Shown here piece after piece: positions 50,280 to 64,000 of a DNA stretch of 64,000 nt. Each line of letters starts with the position of its first letter. Position 1 is the first letter of the stretch. Both the position numbers and the translations under genes were made by a program. The stretch lies in assembly GCA_977030845.1 (NCBI GenBank), contig OZ365111.1:43772001-43836000 (forward strand), read 5' to 3'. Source of the DNA: Fimbriosthenelais zetlandica. Lineage: Eukaryota. The notes beneath the pieces are model-generated. The model saw nothing but the letters and a program-made list of their open reading frames with translations, did no database searches and was not told the DNA's origin.

Positions 50280-50390
50280 GTCTGCTAGCCATTTTGTCAG
50301 CGGTCCGAAGGTGGGATGTAAGGAACCTTTCTATTGGCTAACATTCTGCTCTTGACCAATCACAATATCGTTGACAGAATGAAAACAAAG

Positions 50391-50400
<10 letters not shown>
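50280..50400 (+). promoter_or_regulatory. TXNRD2 core promoter
   Basis: Inverted and forward CCAAT boxes (ATTGG near 50334, CCAAT near 50356); YY1-like AAGATGGCCGC overlaps the start codon. Confidence 0.55.
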
Positions 50401-58142
<7,742 letters not shown>

Positions 58143-60601
58143 ACCCCTCCCCAACTACATGGCCAGATCAACCGGCATTGAGTACTTATATAATATACAC
58201 CGCTACTAACCCAACCGTCCATGGGTATCAAAAATCACCCCAAATGCACCAAACCGATTTTCATTCAACAGTATCAAACGCATTGATCCCTGTCTAGAGA
58301 GTTCTTACGTGCAGGTCCTTAGAAGTTTCCTGCTTAGTAGGAATACCATGGGATAGATCGGAGCATTTCGAAGTATATATTTGAGACCTATGTGAAAGTT
58401 TTGACAGTATTGCATTCACTCGGTGTGTAACATTTATGTGCGGTTGGTCTGGTTTGTTGGGGAAGGGACCAAAAACTTCTTTTTTTCAATTTTAGATTTA
58501 CAAAGATACGGGAATATTAGCCTTGACATTGGACCAGCTAGATAATTTATTACTTATACTGTACATTTAGCGTCTGAAATATTTCTGGTGCTTGATATGA
58601 CTTGAAGGAAAGCATTCTGCTTAAAATCACTTGTACGGTACAACCTCCATTGAGGGAACACTTAGTCTTTTTTCATTCCCATGTTTTTGAGGTGTCATCT
58701 CAAACCCCTCTGATAAGGGAACTTTTCTCATTCCCAGTTAAGTCTTACATAACAACTACTTCGATAAAGCCCCCATCCCACTATACGACCACAATTATAA
58801 TTCAGCCCCTTGAAGTGTAATTACTTCAGTGAGATGCAACTGTATCAAAATATTAGATAAAAAATAACAATAGGGGTCCTCCACGAGGTTTTAATGACCA
58901 GTTGATGGTTACAATTGTTTCCAACTGAACTTTGTGATCAGCGATTTGCTCAAACTAATATTAAATCATCAAATTATCCGCAATCACTTGCGATCAGTTG
59001 CAACTGGCGATCCTGTTTGCAATCTAGTATCTGTCACTATAGATGACTGTGAGAAACCAGTAGAGTCGCTATGATGAATGGCTCCGTTAAACCAGCTAGA
59101 TTATCTCATGCTTTAGAAAATCACTTTGACCTGTGACATTCATTTTTGACATTTCATCAATAACAAGCTAGGCTGGCCGGATGTCAGCGATCATGCTAAC
59201 ATTTCTCCCTCTCCTTCTCCATACATCATTCTCTACTTGGCTCTGATTTCACGTTTTTTAACCCCGTCCTATATTTTCTGCTCTTTGTTGGATAGGTAGT
59301 GGGGTATTGGTTAATTATCTTCTGAATATTGCTATATTTCATGGGATAGACATGTGCCTGTTGGTGGTCAGAATCATGGGACAACCGAACGGAATGAAGT
59401 TTAGAGGAAATAGTAATATTTAAATTAAATATATTATATATAATTTAACCTGGTGCTTTTACCCATGGTGAACCGGTCTTAATCTGTTCCACATTTCATG
59501 GTTTAATGGGGAAAATGAAAAGGTATATAATGACAGGGAAAACAGAATGAAAGGGACCAAAATATGGCATGATAGGCTGACATTTAAATTTCCAGTTTAA
59601 TTATAGTTTCGATAGTTAGGAATCGTGCGGGCTATACTTTTCAGAAAGATTAATTATTTTGAAAATTATTTTCTGCATGTTAAACATTCTGTCAATTCGT
59701 CCTGTAGGTTTATAAAAAAAAAATAACTTAATTTTATGAGTAATTTGCTGCAAATTGCCTTAGTCCCTGTCTGTCATTTATCAGCGTTGCATAAGTGTTA
59801 GTGAGTGTTAAAGGTTAAACTAAGACCAGACCTTCCTCCTCACGCGACTCATAGATCAAAGGTGATAGCGAGCAGCACAAATTACCATGACAACATGGCA
59901 TCACCATAGACACCCCTGGATTATCCCATGGGAATCATTGTGGATTTAGATACAGAGATTATCCAGGCCTACATTATGTGCTTCATCAATGTCATAAAGT
60001 TCGCAAGTTATATAATGTGTTTATATAAGCTAATGCTCATCTGATGAGAGCAATATTTCTGGATGAAGTTAGGTAAAGCCAACCTCTATTGGGGAATACC
60101 CGCCTTCCACCCACCCCTCTGGTTAGGGACCCCTCCATATTATAGGGAATACAACCTCTTAGTCCCCAAAGCAGGTGTGTAGTCAATTTCCAAAATAGTT
60201 ACTTGGTTTCCAGAATAAATAATTATTTGGCGAAAATGTTCCATACAGGGAGGTTTTACTGTACTAGTGTTTTTAGGGCCTGTCTAGGTCATAAAGAGAA
60301 TTACTGTAGAGAACTTCAAGTCTAATTAAGTGTAAGGTTAGGTCAAGTAGTTGACTGAAGTTGGTCATTTTCTAGTCAACTTTTTACTGTTCTAATGTCA
60401 GGCTGGTATTCACTGTGACTTGGCTGAGGTTAAAGGTTAATTCATGTTCTCACAATGTCAGCATTTAGTTATCCTTCTATAGTTCTACCCTCACGTTCTT
60501 CATATCATTATCGGTAGTTAGGTTCTCAAGAGATAGGAGACCAATTTCGTAAGCAAATTAGTGTCTAGTGCTGACTTGTGTGACATGAACCGCCCTTCTG
60601 C

Positions 60602-60667
60602 TGGTCTGCGTATGACGTTCTGTTCATAAGCCCAAGTAGGGTCGAACAGAACTGAGGTTTCAGTCCA
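60602..60667 (+). promoter_or_regulatory. SECIS element (type II) in the TXNRD2 3' UTR
   Basis: Helix I TGGtCTG/CAGtCCA; core ATGAC...TGAG; perfect 9-bp helix II GTTCTGTTC/GAACAGAAC; unpaired ATAA; apical mini-stem GCCC/GGGT. Confidence 0.9.
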
Positions 60668-60901
60668 AGCTAGAGCCCTCAGTTCACAAATCTAAATATT
60701 AATTTCATTCAATTTTATATGTCATCATGTAAAAATTGGAAAGTGTCTTAGAAATCTGTATTTATTGTATAATCTGCCATGGTATGAATGGTACTATTCG
60801 TGAAGTGGAATTTGTAAGATATTGACATCTGAGTTCTGAGATAGAAACTATGAATACTATGAAAAATGGTGAAATTAAAATGTATAACATTGATTACTGA
60901 T

Positions 60902-60907
60902 AATAAA
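60902..60907 (+). promoter_or_regulatory. Candidate poly(A) signal of TXNRD2
   Basis: First AATAAA I noticed downstream of the SECIS; the mRNA must extend past 60667 for Sec decoding. Confidence 0.5.
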
Positions 60908-63219
60908 CTGAAACTTAAACCTATAATCCCATGTGAGGTTGTTATACAGAAATGAGGTTTAATTGGCCCTTTTGACCAGAGGGTTTACAAAGCGTTCAGT
61001 ACTCCATAAATTCAACTTCTGACATAAAGACAGATTTGTGATATTATGTCTGTGTACCGTACTGAATTGTCTTTCCTAGAGTATTCCATGTTGAAATTGG
61101 TCTCTTGCTGTCTTTGACAGTGATATTAAAGTTTCTTAAAGTTTGGACCCTCATTATATGAATAAACCAATGCAGTAGAAGAAAGACTGAGACAAGGAAG
61201 TTTTGGAGCCTGAGTGAACCTGAAGAGATCCTAGTGTATATAAACACAGGTAACACTAGTCCCTTACCTTCCTCATCTACCTGCCAGTCTCAGGTGCGAT
61301 CAGGTAGACCAAGGACCAGCTAGAAACATAAACAATAGACTGACGGTAGAGAGAAAATGCCCACCCCTGTATATCATATAATATATCCACGCTTCATATA
61401 CATGTACATCTTTTAAAGTGAGAGAAAGTAATTGATGCCATCATTATTGCTTGGTGCTTGTAATTATGGTAATACTAGATATATGTAGATCAGCTTAGGG
61501 GAGGTATAGTTAAAAGTAGGGACTGTCTCATTGTAACAGTTGTTCAATATGTAACATGAGGCTAATGGTACACATTGCGTGTGGAAACAGCAACCACATT
61601 TTCGTAAGACAGATCATCAATTCCTGGTAAACATTTGTATACATTATCCCTTATCGTTTCTGATGAATAAGTAATTTTCTGCATGAAAAGGTATGGAAAG
61701 TGTCTCAGCAGTTATGATTTAAGGTGAAAACCCCCATATTAACATTTATAAATGGTTTCAATATCATACCCATCTTTTGATGGTATGAAAAAATCCTGTC
61801 TTGTTCACCTTTCAATAGACCCAGGTCCATGACCTTTGCAAAGTGAAAAATACAATAATATCCACGTCAGATTTACGGTCCATAGTGGTTAGGGTACATT
61901 ACAGTGGGTTCACATTTACCACATTTTAATTGTTTTTAACAGTGAATGTCAGTAAATATTTCTCAGAGTGTAGAGTCAAGGCCCTGTGGTTACCAGCGCC
62001 ACTGAGCTGGTGGCTGGTACATAGACTGACGATCTGCTATCAGGAATAACCGGGTGTTCATTCCAGTAGAGCAATAGGCGGGAGATAACAGGTGAAAACT
62101 GTACCCCTCACCTCCATACCATACAGACCATACAGGATGGACAATTAATTCACTATCTATCTCCAAGAGCTGGCAATGGAATATTAGTGGCAGCCTTCAC
62201 AGAATGGATGCTTGGTTAAATAGATAGGAATTAATCAGGATTTCACCCGTAATGAGTTCATGGCTTAAGTCCCTGGGAATAGCAAATGATTTCTCGCTTT
62301 TAGAGGTAAGACTTTTGTATTAGTTCTTTCTAATCTTACAACTTTTCATTCCCATTAATCTGTATTGTGCATTACTGGGTGTTAAAATAAGGATATTAAA
62401 ATTTAAGCAGTTTTACAAAAAAATGTTAAATTGTGTACAGATTTTGTGTACTTTCTCCCCGTGACCTTAGAAAAATGAAATGGAGTCTGTAATTACTGAT
62501 TAACAACACATTGCATCACCTGCTGTTCTTGGCTTTCCATTTCTAAATGTGTAAAGAATACAAATATTGGTCTTGGCTTTAAACGTTCTAGTCGGTAACG
62601 CTTTATTTCAGCTTCTGAATTGGTGCTGAGCTATATTCTCTCAGTGCTTAGTCAGGGAAAACTAAACTGGAATATTTAAAAATATAATCAATTAGAAGGC
62701 AGTTCTTCTGGCTTGATAGTTTTAATTGCTTCATTATATTCTATTTATTTGCTTCAAAACTTTCCGTATTTTAATTGTACAATACAGACACGAATGGTCA
62801 GACAGTATTTAAGATGGAAAAAGTCACCTGTTAAAAAAATTGCCAACTACTTGGTTTCGAATTTTATTTCAACAAATTTTTTATACTTGTAAGTTTGTTT
62901 GTGGAAATAAGTCTTAGGAAGTATGGCGTAGTGGGAGTGATGAATGTATGGTCTATGTTCTTTATAAATCACCTGTGTTCTTCACCTTGCCTTTATATTT
63001 TTACCTGCTTAGAGGAGATGAACACTGCCACCTGCTCTTAGTAGAACTATAGACACGGGGGACTGATACTTAGATGAGTGACTTTTTACTCGGTTTGTTG
63101 GATGAGAAATAAGCTAGGGAAATTAGTTGATACTGGTGGTATATATATAAACTATCAATAGTCTGTATTATATATAAAGATGCATAACTAGAAGGAAAAA
63201 GTTCAGAAATAATTAGGTA

Positions 63220-63397
63220 CCGTATTTGTTCGTGTATAAGCCGCGACTTTTTCCAAAAAATCGCGGCCTGCGGCTAATACAACGACGCGATTTTTATATA
63301 GATTTCTATACAAAGCCGCGGCTTTTATAGGGATTTTAAGCTGAGCGACCAAGGGTGCGGCTAATACACCGTGCGGCTTATACACCGGCAAATACGG
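63220..63397. mobile_element. 178-bp Tc1/mariner-superfamily (Tc2/pogo-like) MITE
   Basis: 25-bp TIRs CCGTATTTGTTCGTGTATAAGCCGC / GCGGCTTATACACCGGCAAATACGG (2 mismatches), flanked by a TA duplication (63218-63219, 63398-63399); internal GCGGCTAATAC repeats. Confidence 0.88.
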
Positions 63398-64000
63398 TAT
63401 ACTTCAGAGTACTTTTCAAATAGTCATCGATTCTGTCAGATGACGAGATATCAGTCACAATTCTGAATATCTTTAGAAGCCACTTTCTACAAGTCCTCCA
63501 ATTTTATTCTTTAATGGTAAATAATTAGGGTCATGTCATTACATTAGAGCTCGTTTTTATCATAGGATTAAAGTAATAGATTTAGCTAACATATAGCTCA
63601 TAGTCCAGCAATATTTCTAAAGAAAAAAACTTAGAGTGGATTACCAATTTTTCATACTTGCTAGTGGGCTCTTTCTGAAGGCAGTTTGTAGCAATCACCT
63701 TCAAGCTTGAAATGCCTTGTATGAACTCGAGAGGCAATTCTAGAAGCAAGAAAGCAAGATATTAAGACGAAAATCAATCTGGGGGTCATGGTCAGAGACT
63801 GGAGGCTGAGGGCAATCGGCCTACTCCTATGATCTGCTACCATCTAATCTTCTGTCTCTATTCATACTCCATCTTCATCATTTATGTTTTTAACAAAACA
63901 TTTCAGTGAATACCGGGCAGAATTCCTCTACGGGTTCAATAGCTTTTAATCAAATTCTTAAAAGAAGATCCTGGCCTCTTGGCTTCATCAGTTTGTTGCT

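Noticed and set aside
59041-59105. Possible SECIS (ATGAC..GAAA..TGAT; ATGAA..AAA..AGA)
   Set aside because: Helix II is too short and poorly paired; the element at 60602-60667 fits far better.
63965-63995. Hammerhead-like CTGATGA-AGCC-AAGA-GGCC on the minus strand
   Set aside because: The required GAAA is absent (AGGA) and no stems I/III are visible; the window edge limits the check.
63661-64000. Possible terminal coding exon at the window end
   Set aside because: All frames on both strands are interrupted by stops and there is no recognisable motif.

Overview
Gene-dense, AT-rich genomic DNA from an invertebrate animal with GT-AG introns; I cannot tell the species from the sequence. Splicing by hand gave eight protein-coding genes with frame-consistent exon chains. 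In order: (1) a 5'-incomplete three-Ig-domain protein with a probable GPI anchor (+); (2) an extended SDR / aldehyde-reductase-like enzyme with an intronless CDS (-); (3) an UNC-93-like MFS membrane protein (-); (4) a four-exon gene not resolved by the ORF track, probably DUF4807 / F58A4.6-like (-); (5) CENPJ/SAS-4, head-to-head with gene 4 (+); (6) TMEM218 (-); (7) an ankyrin/SOCS-box protein, head-to-head with TMEM218 (+); (8) mitochondrial thioredoxin reductase TXNRD2 (+). TXNRD2 has a Gly-Cys-Sec-Gly end, a SECIS about 2.5 kb downstream, a U12-type intron and candidate alternative N-terminal exons. The oddest non-coding structure is upstream of the SDR gene: a tandemly duplicated promoter/first exon whose second copy is interrupted by about 1.07 kb containing a roughly 650-bp palindrome with two outward-facing tRNA-like Pol III cassettes. 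Several MITE/SINE relics are present. I found no prokaryotic, CRISPR or viral system. Family names come from motif recognition, not database searches.
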